64,000 nucleotides of DNA from Haplodiscus bocki (GCA_965655095.1 OZ296652.1:28706001-28770000); one strand, 5' to 3'. Positions 38,796-51,405 are shown, numbered from the stretch's first letter. Program-made: numbers and translations. Notes: generated from the sequence alone by a model not told the origin.

Positions 38796-39190
38796 TGAAC
38801 AAAATATCAAACGAAATATACACAAGCTCAAAACTCTGAAGCACAAATTTATTGAAACGTCCCCGGCAAATTTTACACCCCTTCCATTACCCAAAAATTC
38901 CTTCTGTTTCGCCGTCAATGCTGATCGCCATGACCTAACAGGTTCTATTGGTTGCTGTCGGCTAGAAAAATGGACGAGTGTTTTCGGTGACTCATTGGGG
39001 CAAAGACTGCGGAACTACAAATCTTTGACGTTCAAAGCGTCAGGAGTCAGCAAGATGGTGACAAAAAAGCTGCAGAAAAATCCATTGTGTGCTTTGTACT
39101 ATATTTATTTCGCTGATGTAGTCAAAATGATGATATTAGGTCTATAAATGATACATTTATATTACTAATTTTTGCTGAGTATCTATATTT
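38788..39190 (+). pseudogene. adenain/Ulp1-like cysteine maturation protease
   Basis: ATG overlaps the MCP stop. VN....G.(H)W site is frameshifted; FGDSLG and LQ...CALY.IYF are present. Confidence 0.85.
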
Positions 39191-40138
39191 CATGTGTTTC
39201 CCTACTATGACTTTTTTAACTGTAGTAAAAGTTTTGTTAGTTCGAGAAGAATATTCTTTTAGTTTCCATGAATCTTGAGAAGCAATACCCGGTTACCACA
39301 AAAATATTCCTGATTTTTTTCCTCACACTTCTTTTCTCTATCTGAGTGGAAGTTTCGGATGTTTTTTTTCATTCAACAAGATTGGCTGTGTTAGTGCCAG
39401 TGAAAATGAACAAAGAACTGGACTGAATAAAATGTTAAGAACAACAGGAAACGTCACGGTATCTGTCACTTGATGCCATTCGACAATAATACTTATATTA
39501 TTAGGGAAGTCCGACAATTCTGAACAAAAAACGAAATTAGTTATTGTGGACTTAATCTAGGAAACTAATAACGCCGCTCTTCGACAAACTTTTCCAAAGT
39601 ATCAGGGTCCGTAATAATTACTGCCGGTTGGTAGATGAACAAGATTCGTAAAGCAACAAAATGAAAAACCTGGGAAAATACCGAAAATTGGGTGCTATCT
39701 AATGGAAGAAACTTCGCGGTTCTTTTCCCTTCAAATAAGAGAAAATGCGAAATGTATACGTTGGTTTTAATTTAAGCGAATTATGGCAAAAAAGTGGTTT
39801 TGTTGATTTTATGGAAAGTAGCAAAAATTCGAGCGCAAATGGCAAATTTAGCGACTTTTGGTTAATTTTTGATAAGGAAACAGCAAAGTTTCCAAAAGCT
39901 ACGCGTTGTACGACTTCATAGTTTTTTATGATGATCAATTATCAGGTAGCCCTCTACCGACTGTTCGTAGATCTACAGCCTAAATTTCAGCTAGAGTTGA
40001 AATCGTTCAGCTGGGCAAAAGTATCTTCTTTAGTCATCTGAGAAAAAAGTCAATGTAGTCGCTATGATATCTTCCGCCTTCGGCTTCGATAATAAAAATT
40101 CCCCAGCGCACTGAGGGGTGGAATTCATGAATTAAAAC

Positions 40139-40359
40139 CTTTAGTGGGATCTTCGTAGAGAAGGAAGACCAGATGTGAGAGGTAGTTGAGTTCTGTGACC
40201 GTGGACAGATGTCGGTCCGCGTCTGCCCATTGCTGGTCTGGGTCAGGGAACAGGCCCCCGTAGCGGATAATGTTGACTAGAGAGTGGATGTGGCTTTCAC
40301 TGGTGAAGTAGAGTCGTGTTCGAACTTGTCTGTTCGGAGTCAGGATGTTCTCCGAATAC
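40139..40359 (-). CDS. PPIP5K: PPIP5K/VIP1 internal exon (end of histidine acid phosphatase-like domain)
   Basis: Minus strand, acceptor ttttacag|, translates YSENILTPNRQVRTRLYFTSESHIHSLVNIIRYGGLFPDPDQQWADADRHLSTVTELNYLSHLVFLLYEDPTK. The RTRLYFTSESH...ELNY...LYEDP string is the PPIP5K/Vip1 signature. Ends in phase 1 at a weak donor (AAG|gtttta). Not in the ORF track. Confidence 0.95.
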
Positions 40360-40990
40360 CTGTAAAATGAACAACTCAGAAAAATGAAACTATGTTCTTT
40401 GAAACAAGCGGTGAATTGATTTCAGTCCCATAGTTATATGGTGAAAATAAGCACAGAAAAGGTATTTGAAATTTCAAACATCGGCGGCAAACGAGCTACC
40501 AAAAAAAGCTGAGAAATTAGCGTAATCATAAACGAAGATTGTTACTTTCAAGTGAAGACCGGTAATTTCGGAAGAGATAAAAAAATATAAATGATAACAA
40601 AATACAGGATAAATCTAGAATCTTCTAGTAGCCAAACAAAAATGGATGCCTGAAAAAACTAAAACCAAAAATGCGTGGTGTTTTTTTAAAGAATCGCTCA
40701 TGCGAGAACCGACTACGCGGCATTGGAATAAACTGATAACGGTAGCTGTCGAAAGTGAAAAAAAGCAAAAGGGCAGGCCATCAAATTATCGCTAAATAAC
40801 CAAGTCTGGCAATAACCCTGGTTTATTATCCAGGAATGAAAAAGGGCTAACTTGGTAAGGCAGGGATGTGGCACAAGGGAAACATGAATGTCTTAGTAAG
40901 TGCCCAAGGGTACAACTGTTGCCAGAGATAACTTACTAATGTGCATCCCTGGGGTTCGCTAAGTTATCTCTGGGGTCCTAGTAAATTATA

Positions 40991-41015
40991 CAGTAGTGAT
41001 TTTAATTAATGCGAC
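40991..41015 (+). repeat. 25-bp TIR-like sequence after TA (also at 42216-42240 + and 56661-56685 -)
   Basis: Exact CAGTAGTGATTTTAATTAATGCGAC, preceded by TATA in each case. TA|CAGT starts are typical of Tc1/pogo-type ends. Confidence 0.55.
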
Positions 41016-41311
41016 TAAGCAATTTTGATACGCTTTACAAAATCCTAAGAGGAGAAGTGATTAAAAGGAGATCAAAGTCAACAAAGGTACTCTGAGAAAG
41101 CTCATTAACAGGGCTACGATATGGCTATTTTATTTGCCAAAACAAGTACTTCAAAGAGGTAGAAAATTGCGTCCCGAAGTTGAGTAGGTAAACCATGCAA
41201 GCATTGCGAATATTAACTAATTTGGGGAGTTTTCGTAAAAAAGCTTGACAATGACGCAAAAAAGCCACAAACAAATTACATAATTTGTTAGTTTTGGCCA
41301 TTCTTAAGAAC

Positions 41312-44300
41312 TAATTTTCAAGAGAAAAATATCAAACGTTTTGAGAAACACCGCATTGTTTTTTTGTTATAGGCATTGTTTATGACAATATCTTCCGAAA
41401 ATTGAAAGTTTTCAAACTTTTTAAGGCTCCCGTCCTATGAGTATTTTGTGCCTTACGGGCGGCGCCGGCTCGGCCATTTTCGGATTGCTACTGTTGATTC
41501 GCTGATAAAATTTTGAATCTTTTTTAACTCCTCCCCCTACGCTATCATGGATGCACGAAATAATGGGCGGCGTAAAGGTTTAACTCCATATGTTCAGCCC
41601 ATGAAAAAATCCTTAACCGGTTAGCTTGTTCATTTCCCGGGTTTGCCACCACAGGGATAACGTACTGCGGGTGCATGTATGTACCGCAGCCCTGTCAGAG
41701 ATAAAAGCCATAACAAGCTCTTGTTGTGAATGCGCTTTGCACATACATGCACCGTTGTAGCACTGCCCTATTCCCAGTGATGCATCTTTGGAAAAATTCA
41801 TCTCCTACATCCCATACGAGAATTTAAGGACCAAAAGTTTTCGTTCCTGAGTTTTGAGAGCTTCCACTACAAAACAGTCAGAATCCAATACTAGCTTGCG
41901 AACCAAGAAGGACTTCGGTTCAGAAAGCAGCAATAATGATATCCAAAAAGACAAGATAAAGTGAATATAACAAAATTTTGTGGTATTTTGAATCTATCTT
42001 CATAAAAATTAAACCAATAAAAATTCCACATAATCAAGAAGAATGCAGTTTTGATACTTTCAAGCATGTTCATTAGCAATAAAAATTCCTATCACATGAT
42101 ATTTTCCGTTATATTCTCCTCACTGGGTTAATTAGGCTTGGTTCTGATCTGATAAAATGCATAAATTGTTAGATCTTCACACGATCGTGTAATGTATACC
42201 TACTTGGGCCATATACAGTAGTGATTTTAATTAATGCGACAACTTTAATGCCTAAGTCAACTTTAAGCACGAATAACTTCGGGAATATTCTTTTTGGACA
42301 AAAGTACCAGAAACAAAATATTCTTAGAATTTTTTGGGAGATTATAATGGTGAATAGTATTGTAAGGGGGGGGGGGGGTTAGTGCTATTTTGGCTCCTCT
42401 GCAACTTTTGCACCATTAAGAAAGTTTTGCAGTATATCGACTAAGAAAACTTATCTGACAGCTTAATGACAAGTGAAACCGCAAGAGCTAACCCAAATTA
42501 GATTTGACAGTTAAATGCAATATTTGACTTCTAAACCGAAAGCTTTTTTAAGTCATAAAGCTCAAAGTACAAATTCAACCGAAACTGAATTTTGTTGACT
42601 AAGTACACACTAAGTAAACCAACTGTCAAAATTCGTTGGCAATGCAAATTTTCTACGTAGATTTGACAGTTCCACAAATTTTCCCTGGAAAAATTTTGAA
42701 TATGTTTGCGAGCAATCCATTATATGAAAAAAGTTTCTACATTGACAGAAATCATAGAGTTTTGGGGGAAAAACCATCTTTTTTAAGAAAGATTTTGTAC
42801 CCGATTTTGGTACCTTATGAGAAATCCCAGAATTTCAGTCGCGTTCTACGGATAAAAAATTTTCAAACTCGGAAACGCACACTAGCGTCAAATCGGACAT
42901 TGTCAATTGACGAAAATGTGAAAAAAAAAACGTTCAATTTCAGTGTCTCGTGCCGACGATTTTCCTTCCATAATTAAATTCGGGCGGAAATAATATAAGT
43001 CTAAGCGAGTCCAAAAACCACGATGGGAAACACTTGAACGTTAGTCCTACAATGCCTAAAACCCAAAGAAATTCTGAAAGACGTGGGTTACCAAACTCGC
43101 ATCTGAGGAGATAATTCTGGAACTCCGAACAATTTGACGCATAACAATTTGACGCATAACTGGGCACGTCCAAAATCACTATATGAAACAATTCAATGGC
43201 AGACTCTAAAGCCTCAAAACCCAAAAACTCTTGGGTTAACAATTTGACGCATAACTGGGCAACTCCAAAATCATTATATGAAACAATTGAATGGCAGACT
43301 CTAAAGGCTCAAAACCCAAAAACTCTGAACTTTCCGAATTCAAATTGAAATGAACCAGCCAAACTAACCGTTCCATGAATGTTTTTAGAGTGAATCTAAA
43401 CGAATATTGGAAAGCATTTAAACGTGAGTGTCACAACGCCTCAAACCGAAAGATTTTCTGAAGAAACCGCACTTCGACAAACTCACAACAGAAAGTTTCT
43501 TCTACAACTCCGACCTAAAAAAATGTTTGTGGGTCAGTTCAAAACTGCTGAGCGATTAGAATCTGATTTTAATTGAACTTTCATTGCATTGGCTTGGGAA
43601 ATCCCAAATTCCAATTGGGAGCAACTAAACGTTATTCTCATGAAACGGGAAACGAAAAGCCTGCCTGAAAATGCCTTGTTTCACAGAATCATTGTGCTGC
43701 GAGAGAGTTGTGCTGGAACTGCAGCTAAATATTCGATATTCAAGTTTCGGGGGTCAAAAAAGTCATCTTCTGAGAAAACTGATCGCAACTCTCAATGCCG
43801 ATGACCCAAAGGGTTGTTGAAAAGTACAACATTTTTCCAATGCACATCAAAAACGCGATTTTAAACAGTTAAAATATTCAACAAAAAAATTTCATTCGCT
43901 TGACTTAACGAGCCCAAAAGTATATTGAAAAACAACAGATCATTAGTATCACATTACATAAAACCGAAACACTTCCTAAAAATGCCGTGCTTTTGCACAC
44001 TAACTGACAAATTGTGGTTTCAGTCCCCCGCATTGTACCAAAGTATTGGATAGTTTTGTGCGAGCCCAAAAATTATGCGGAAGCAATTAAACATAACTAC
44101 TCTCCTACGGAAAAAAAAGTCTGTCTGAAAATGCCGTGTTTCTGATATTTCATCCCATAAGTTTGTTCTACACCTTCGCCTCAACTAAACAAGTACGTAC
44201 AAGATGTACAAGTACCGGTAAGCCTAAAGCCATATTTGAAAACAATCAACCGTTAGCCTTGTATTATATGAAACCTAATTTCGTTCAGAAAACGCCATGC

Positions 44301-47300
44301 TTTGGCAAAATCCCAATGGAGGAGGTGTTTGCAGTCATCTGAGCTAAACGAAACTTTTGATGTGAGGCCTTGGAAAGGCGAAAAAGTAAATTGAAAGTAA
44401 TGAAAGGTTACTTTTGAAGCATGGAAGCTCAACGCTGTCTGAAAATGCTTCTTTGCAAATATACTTCACAAGGTTGTTCTAGAGCTCTAATTTTGCCTAA
44501 AAAATTGACCTGCAGGTCTGAATTCACAACCCCTGGTCGAAAATAAGTCAGTGCAAGTTAAACAACGTTCAGAAAAGTAACGTACTGAAAATGGTGCATT
44601 TTTGCACTGACACCGAAAAGAGTAATTTCAGTTGAATCAGTCATTTGTTCTACAAGTCGGTTGAACTCAAGACCATGTTATGAAACAGTAACGTAAGTCT
44701 CACACTGTTTCAAACCCAAAGTCTTTCTCTAAATGCCGAACCTCACGCAACTTGTAGCAGAAACGGTTATAGTCCTTTGAGCGCAATTCAACATTTGGAA
44801 AAAAAGAATTGGGCTAATGCAAAAATCACGTCCAAGAACGATTGGACGTAAATTAGTCATCAACGTGAAAAGAAGACTTTCTGAAAAGAAGCTCCGAGCT
44901 CAAGAAATTGACTCAACAATTTCGAACTCAAACATTCAAAAACAATTGAAATAAAGTACTACCTTCTCGGTCGAGCTCGAACAGCACAGTGACAGCAACA
45001 CAAAGTTCGTTCCACGTTAGCTAGGAGAAAAATTTTCTGAAAAAACCATTCTGTTGCAAACTCAATTCAAAAAATGTGTTTCAGGTATCCTAATTGTAAT
45101 AATGTTGTTGTGCAAATGTTCAGCAGTCCAATAATCAGCTTCCGAACAGTGAAATTTTCACTGCAAACCGCTGATTCATTTAGGAAGTATTTTTGCTTTT
45201 TTAACGACATCAAAAACAGTGGTTGTAGACATCCGTTAGCAACTGATGTACAAAACATTTGATTAACAAAACAATGCGCGGTCGGAAACAAAAATTCAAA
45301 CAGCAAAGTGAAATCGACTGAACCAACGCTCGTTCAGAAGTTGGTCTCGCAGTTTGAAACCACCGAAGCATGAAATTTAAGAAGTGATGTTTGCATCCTT
45401 AAAAACACGGGTAGAAACGCTATCCAAATCTATTCCAACTTTTCTCGAAGTTTTTCGGCAAATTCTCATTATGTTCATGACAAAGCATTCACAACAAAGT
45501 AGCAGAAAAATGGAAAGAGGCACAGAATACGTTATCAGTCAGCTGTTGAAACAGAAAAGAAAAACTTGGAAAACTTCTTTACACGCTGCAATATTTTTCA
45601 GCCGTTATGAACAACGAAAGACCAAGCATCGGTTTTCTGGAAATTCCGCTTTTACATTCCCAATACTTTTCGTTTATGAAAAGCAGGTGCGTGGAAAAAG
45701 TTTTAAATACTGTTGCCAAAAAAGGAAGCTGTTGTTTTATTTTGATCAGTGGTCTTATTGATGAAACTGAAAACTATTACACTAACAACAAATGTTCACT
45801 TGATCCGAAGGAATACAAGAAACAGCGCTGTTTGGACTTATAAAAGTTCAGCCGCACTGTTTCAAGTTATAACTCACAGGAAGCAATTTTTAAGTTATTT
45901 AAAGGATCCACAGATGTCAGTTCAAAAGCAAAATCTGTTGATGCGTTGAAACAAAATACAGAAAAATGCTTCTGAAGAGTTATCGTCAAGAATGCAGTTT
46001 TCAAAAATCAAGGTGTTTTTCGGCCTGTTTTTTAAATCACCTGTTTTCTTCCACATCAAAGCTCATCAAAATAAAGAGCATACTTGAATTTCTTGATGCT
46101 CAGAAGCGATTTGAGGAATAAAAACTAAAAAGACTTGATTTCGAGAAACCCCATACAAAGAATCACCGAAAATGCTCGCTTCGTTTAAAACGCTAATTTA
46201 TGATATTACATCAAAACTCATCAGATTATAGAGAAGACCTGAAGATCTTGTTGCTAAACAGCGATTTAATGAATGAAAGTGAAAAAAGCCTTGACTTCGA
46301 GAAACCTTGAATCAAGAACCAAAAAAATGCTCGCCCAATTTAAAACGCGGCTTATTGATATTAGGCGTTAAACGTCTGTCTGGATGCTTCAGTCAGCAGA
46401 ATTTCAAGCATCGCTCGGAACATTGGAGACTCTGCATTTTCCCGTTCGTTTTCTGCTTTCCAATATCTAAGGAAGAGAGGCATCTTGATTCTGTTCATTG
46501 GTCAAATCCGCATCTACACTGAAAAGAATTCAAAAATTTCTTCGAAAGGTAGTGTACTTCAGAGGGTCACAAAGGGCGATGCAAACTTTCGGCAATGCAG
46601 CGAAAAGGCTCTAATAACTCTTAGTTTGCAACGCTTTTTGCCAACCTCTCAACTATAGTACCTTGAAGAAAAGAATGCGCAGTCATCCATGAGGAAACAT
46701 CGACTCTAGCTTAATTCTGCTTTGCCAACTTGTTTGTGGTAGATGTGTTCCATGCAATATTGGCATTCGCTGTGACGCAGCTGGAGAATTCTTTTGTTTT
46801 GTTTCGATGTACTCTTTTGGACAACTTGCAATACCTTTACATCGGGCATCAAAGATTGATCCTTTTGAAAGTAAACCAAATTTCAGTTTGAACTTAGTGG
46901 GTAAAAAAAACCTGAATTGTTAGAGTTTTTCACTGCAGCCGCTGATTCTCTTTTTCAGTTACTTTCGATTCATGCCTGACAGTTTTACAACTACGCGGAA
47001 ACAATTTGAGGAGATACTTTTTCACCGAGCCAAATGTCAAATCTCCGGCCGAAAGGGATCTTTTCATGCCGGCTATCTAATAGGCTCTACTGAGATTGAA
47101 ACACTGTTTCTTGCTTTCAGTCCGAGATCATTTCGTTGCTTCAAACTAAGTAGATAGTCAGGCATAAGTGCTTGAGCCTACAAAAAGTGTCCTTCGCTCC
47201 AAATGATCGAGGTTCCTTAAAAGTATTTGCATTTCAATGTCACTTTTTCTCGAAATCATGGTTTCTATTCTGGGAAAAATTTGGCAACAAACCAAAGTTG

Positions 47301-47686
47301 GAAACATTGATTGCTCGTTGAAAGTGTTTCTTTCAGGCGTATATGCCATACTCTTTTGGACTTACCTCACGAGATGACTCAGATCGACGATTCTGACTGT
47401 GCCATGTTTGTTTCTCAACATTGCTCAGCCAACATCAAAGCGTCTGCACAGGGCTGAAAATTCAAGAAAAGACTTTCACGAAATCAGGTGGAGGCTACAG
47501 CAATAAATGTAGGTGAAGCGCGGGACAAAATTTTTCAAGCGCTCGACTGGCGTAATTTTGATTGAATCAAGTCATTGGAATGCAGATTTGCTCAATTGAT
47601 GTCCGTCTGAAAACATTACAAATTTATGGCAATTGAAAAACTGCAAATTACGCCCAATTGTGAAAACAGAGATGTTGAACGTTAAT
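41312..47686 (+). repeat. left arm of large inverted duplication
   Basis: Reverse-complement match to 57588->51406 and, for its inner end, to 49651->48896. Mirrored ORF pairs appear in the track (41613/57100, 41891/56822, 46307/52501). Confidence 0.97.
43960..45070 (+). repeat. cryptic degenerate ~150-bp tandem repeat (mirrored in the right arm)
   Basis: Core aaa...t(g/t)tCTGAAAATGC...tttgca recurs at 43976, 44125, 44286, 44439, 44585, 44727, 44881 and 45037 (mean spacing ~152). Confidence 0.65.
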
Positions 47687-47689
47687 TCA

Positions 47690-48773
47690 TCTTGTTTCTT
47701 CCGTACTGTTGAAGCACCTTTTACATAAAAGACAAAATATTTCTTTGCCCACTTTTTAGAATGTATTCATTTTTAGATCTTTGTTCCTGCGGTTGCTAAA
47801 GGTGACGTTTTTGTCAGGCAGAAGTCAACAACGGCTTTGAACAATTCTAGTCTCTCCGCTTCCGACAGAAGGTTCAGGATCTCTGGAAAGCTTTTCAGTT
47901 TGTGGTCGCTCAGGAATGCTGTGGTCAAAACTCTGCCGTTTTGATTGGCCACATTTTGGCAAAATGATGTGAAGTCATTAAAATCGGACCTTTGTCAATG
48001 CTCACAGCAATTACTTCTTGAAAAGCTGTGTTCAAAATTTCATGAAACCAAAACGTTTCTTTCTTTAATTTCACCAGAAGTCGCTAACCTATGTTTTTGC
48101 AGTGAGCATTGCGTGTTTTCGCTTTTAGATTGGGCAGGTTTCCCGTTTTGATGGCTGGAAGTAGTTACCCATCTTCTTTCGCTCGTGAGTCTGCATTGTA
48201 TCGCCTATCAGATGTGTGGTTGATCAGAAGAACTGGAACAAGCAACTCTTTTTCAAGTTACTGTGCAGTGGAAATAAGTCTCGATGTTTTCCTGCTGAGC
48301 TTGGGTCTTGCGAAAAACTCAACTGTACGAAATGTTGTCTTCATGTATGCTAAGAGCAATACACTCAATTTTAGGTTTCGCAGTGGCAATATGAACCAAC
48401 TGGTAATGAATCTAGAGCCAATCGAAGGTATGTGGTTCCATGAGATTACGTCAAACAACCCTGTTAGATAGCTTTCGATTGTAATTGGAAAGACTGTGTT
48501 ATGTTCTCGCCTAATCGGTGATGTTGCAAAATCGTCGAAACAACGTTTTTCTCCATTCGTTCTACCGTAGTTGTTTTTGATGTCTAAGAAGCTTGTGTAC
48601 TTTCCTGAAATCGTTAAATTGTTCACATAGTCGAATTTTGTCCAAATGCTTGTGGTTTCAATTGGATCTGTCAAGACCAATCGCACACAATGTTCCACCC
48701 AGAGCTCTATTCGCGTTCTCAGTCGATCGTGGAAACATCAGGCACCTGAAATTGACTTCCCGTAGTTACTCAT
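47690..48773 (-). pseudogene. unidentified decayed ORF in the palindrome spacer
   Basis: ATG at 48773 is in frame with track ORF 48698-48258 (one TGA at codon 12). Protein-like text continues in shifted frames (DFNDFTSFCQNVANQNGRVLTTAFLSDHKLKSFPEILNLLSEAERLELFKAVVDFCL) up to the arm boundary. No family recognised. Confidence 0.4.
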
Positions 48774-48821
48774 AGTAGGGCCGTGAGCAGCTGCTTATGG
48801 CAAGACTACAGATTTTTCTTG

Positions 48822-48887
48822 AGGCCGGGCCGCGAGCGTGAACCGCTACTCGGTACACGCTTCGCGCCTACCTGGCGCGCGGGGCCT
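48822..48887. other. GC-rich branched hairpin
   Basis: Stem gcgtgaaccg-ctact-cggtacacgc, second stem gcgcc-tacct-ggcgc, closed by aggcc...ggcct. Confidence 0.7.
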
Positions 48888-48895
48888 ACCTCTCC

Positions 48896-49651
48896 ATTAA
48901 CGTTCAACATCTCTGTTTTCACAGTTGGGCGTAATTTGCAGTTTTTCAATTGCCATAAATTTGTAATGTTTTCAGACAGACATCAATTGAGCAAAACTTC
49001 ATTCCAATGGATTGATTCAATCAAAATTACGCCGGTCGAGCGCTTGAAAAATTTGTCCCGCGCTTCACCTACGTTTATTGCTGGAGCCTCCACTTGTTTT
49101 CGTGAAAGTCTTTTCTTGAATTTTCATTGTGAGCCTTGTGCAGACGTCTTGATGTTGGCTGAGCAATGTTGAGAAACAAACATGGCACAGTCACAATCGT
49201 CAATATGAGTCATCTCGTGAGGTAAGTCCGAAAAAGTGTGGCATTTTTGCCTGAAATAAACACTTTCAACGAGCAATCGCTGTTTCCGAATTTGGTTTGT
49301 TGCCAAATTTTTCCCACAGAATAGAAACCATGATTTCGAGAAAAATTGACATTGAAATGCAAATACTTTTAAGGAACCTCGATCATTTGGAGTGAAGGAC
49401 ACTTTTGTAGGCTCAAGCACTTATGCCTGACTGTCTACTTAGTTTGAAGCAACGAAATGGTCTCGGACTGAAAGCAAGAAACAGTGTTTCAATCTCAGTA
49501 GGGCGTATTAGATAGCCGGCATGAGAAGATCCCTTTTGACCGGAGATTTGACATTTGGCTCGGTGAAAAAGTATCTGCTCATATTGTTTCTGCCTAGTTG
49601 TAAAACTATCAGGCATGAATCGAAAGTAACTGAAAAAGAGAACCAGCGACT
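48896..49651 (-). repeat. additional inner copy of the right arm, ending at the gap
   Basis: Inverted match to ~46940-47686. 48972-49651 is a near-exact direct duplicate of 51406-52086 (one 1-bp indel seen). Confidence 0.95.
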
Positions 49652-49851
49652 NNNNNNNNNNNNNNNNNNNNNNNNNNNNNNNNNNNNNNNNNNNNNNNNN
49701 NNNNNNNNNNNNNNNNNNNNNNNNNNNNNNNNNNNNNNNNNNNNNNNNNNNNNNNNNNNNNNNNNNNNNNNNNNNNNNNNNNNNNNNNNNNNNNNNNNNN
49801 NNNNNNNNNNNNNNNNNNNNNNNNNNNNNNNNNNNNNNNNNNNNNNNNNNN
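49652..49851. other. assembly gap (200 N)
   Basis: Run of N. Confidence 1.
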
Positions 49852-51405
49852 GCACTCGGACGGTTTCTGTTGACCCACTGTTGAAAACACTTTAGAATCG
49901 TTTTGTACCCTAGCAAAATATGTCCAGTATTTCACTTTAGTGGTGTTTTGATGTATACCTGAAGTGAAACAAAGTTACTGCCTTGAACTAACTGAATTCA
50001 TTATTACTACTGAATTGGCTCATGAAAACTACAAGAAGGGACTTTACTTTGTATTTTTGCTCTGAAAATTTCAAACGCCTTTGAATTGAGACGAGCCAAA
50101 TATCAAGACTCCAATTTTTTCTAAAGGTAAAAACATTCTGCGAAAAACTCACAACGCTTTTCACAACACAAAACCTTGATATCCTTGTTACTTACCACAC
50201 ACGATTAAACTTGCTCAATTCGAAACTCAACCCATCATGCATCCACAAAAAATCGAAGCCAAGACAACTCAACTGTGTATGATTCTCCTATTGATACAAG
50301 ATCTTGTTACTAAAACTTCACTTTCACTTCCAAACAAAACTAACAGTTTTGACTCCCTACCCAAGAAAGCTCATAAGAAACAGCTATTGTTTGTAAAAAA
50401 AACCATATATTCAACACCATGTCCACTCTCAATTGCTGAATCCTTCAAATCGTCTTTGTGAACTTGAAAGAATTAAAATCCTAACTGTAGGAGCAATGTG
50501 AACACATTACCCTCATCTAGCTATTTTCCTTCTAACTGAAGCCGTTAAGACTTTCTATAGGTAGAGACTTACACTGTCTGACCTTCTGATGGTCCACGTA
50601 TGTTTATACATAATATGAATCTGACCAGTGCTGCAATAGAAATCTGATCAGTGATTGTGAAATTTCAATGTATTTTGATTCTTTTACAAGTCAACGCTTT
50701 TAGTTATGCAACTCCAGAATTTTGTTACAATAATCCACAGAGTATTGTTACTTTGGACTATGAAAGAAGTGATCACTCTGTTTTGACACCAAAACGTCCC
50801 TGCCGCGCTTTTTTAAACTTTCTTCACGAAGCACAAATTTTAAGTGCTATAGGCGTCAAAGAGTTTAGTTTTGAAGAAGCTGGAAAATTTTGCAACGCTG
50901 AACTTTTTCCCACAGAGATTTGGTTAAGAAACATTCATACACACCTTTTGAACTCTTGGGAAAAGGTTTATTTTCTGAATAATTAGCCAATTCTGGAAAC
51001 AATCCTTAAAAAAACTGTTGAAAGTACTCGAGGATTCGATGCAACGCTTTTGACGTAGAGCGAATTGGTCTTCAAGATTAACTTTTGAATGTAAATGCCT
51101 TGTTTTTTCTCAACCTGGTTTCTTGGTGCTTTTTTGGGTTTCTCATTGAGATTTTAACAGAATTTCGAAATAATTGTACACAATTTTCTGTTCGTACAGT
51201 CCGACTTCACTTTTGACGTAAAGACTCATATATAAGAAGTGAACTGAAAAGTACATTACGTAGGAATGTTCTCTTGGTAAGTTCCATTACTCGCGATCAC
51301 AAAATTTTACTGCATCAAAAACGTTAACCACTGACGTAAATTTGAACTTGAAGACAAAAACTTCGTCAATTGATGACCCTTCTTTCTTTTCAATTTCTGA
51401 AAGTA

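Larger units (their letters stand above)
17600..39190 (+). mobile_element. Maverick/Polinton (endogenous polintovirus), pseudogenised, with internal 6x tandem amplification
   Basis: Collinear remnants of pPolB, A32-like ATPase, rve integrase, minor capsid, major capsid and adenain-like protease. About 14.5 kb after removing the extra tandem units. TIRs and TSD not found, so the ends are approximate. Confidence 0.95.

Noticed and set aside
40922-40973. 14-bp inverted repeat (ccagagataactta/taagttatctctgg) as a terminator or ncRNA
   Set aside because: Eukaryotic intron context with no supporting features; most likely a DNA-transposon remnant.
49413-49935. ORFs spanning the N run
   Set aside because: Artefacts of translating through the gap.
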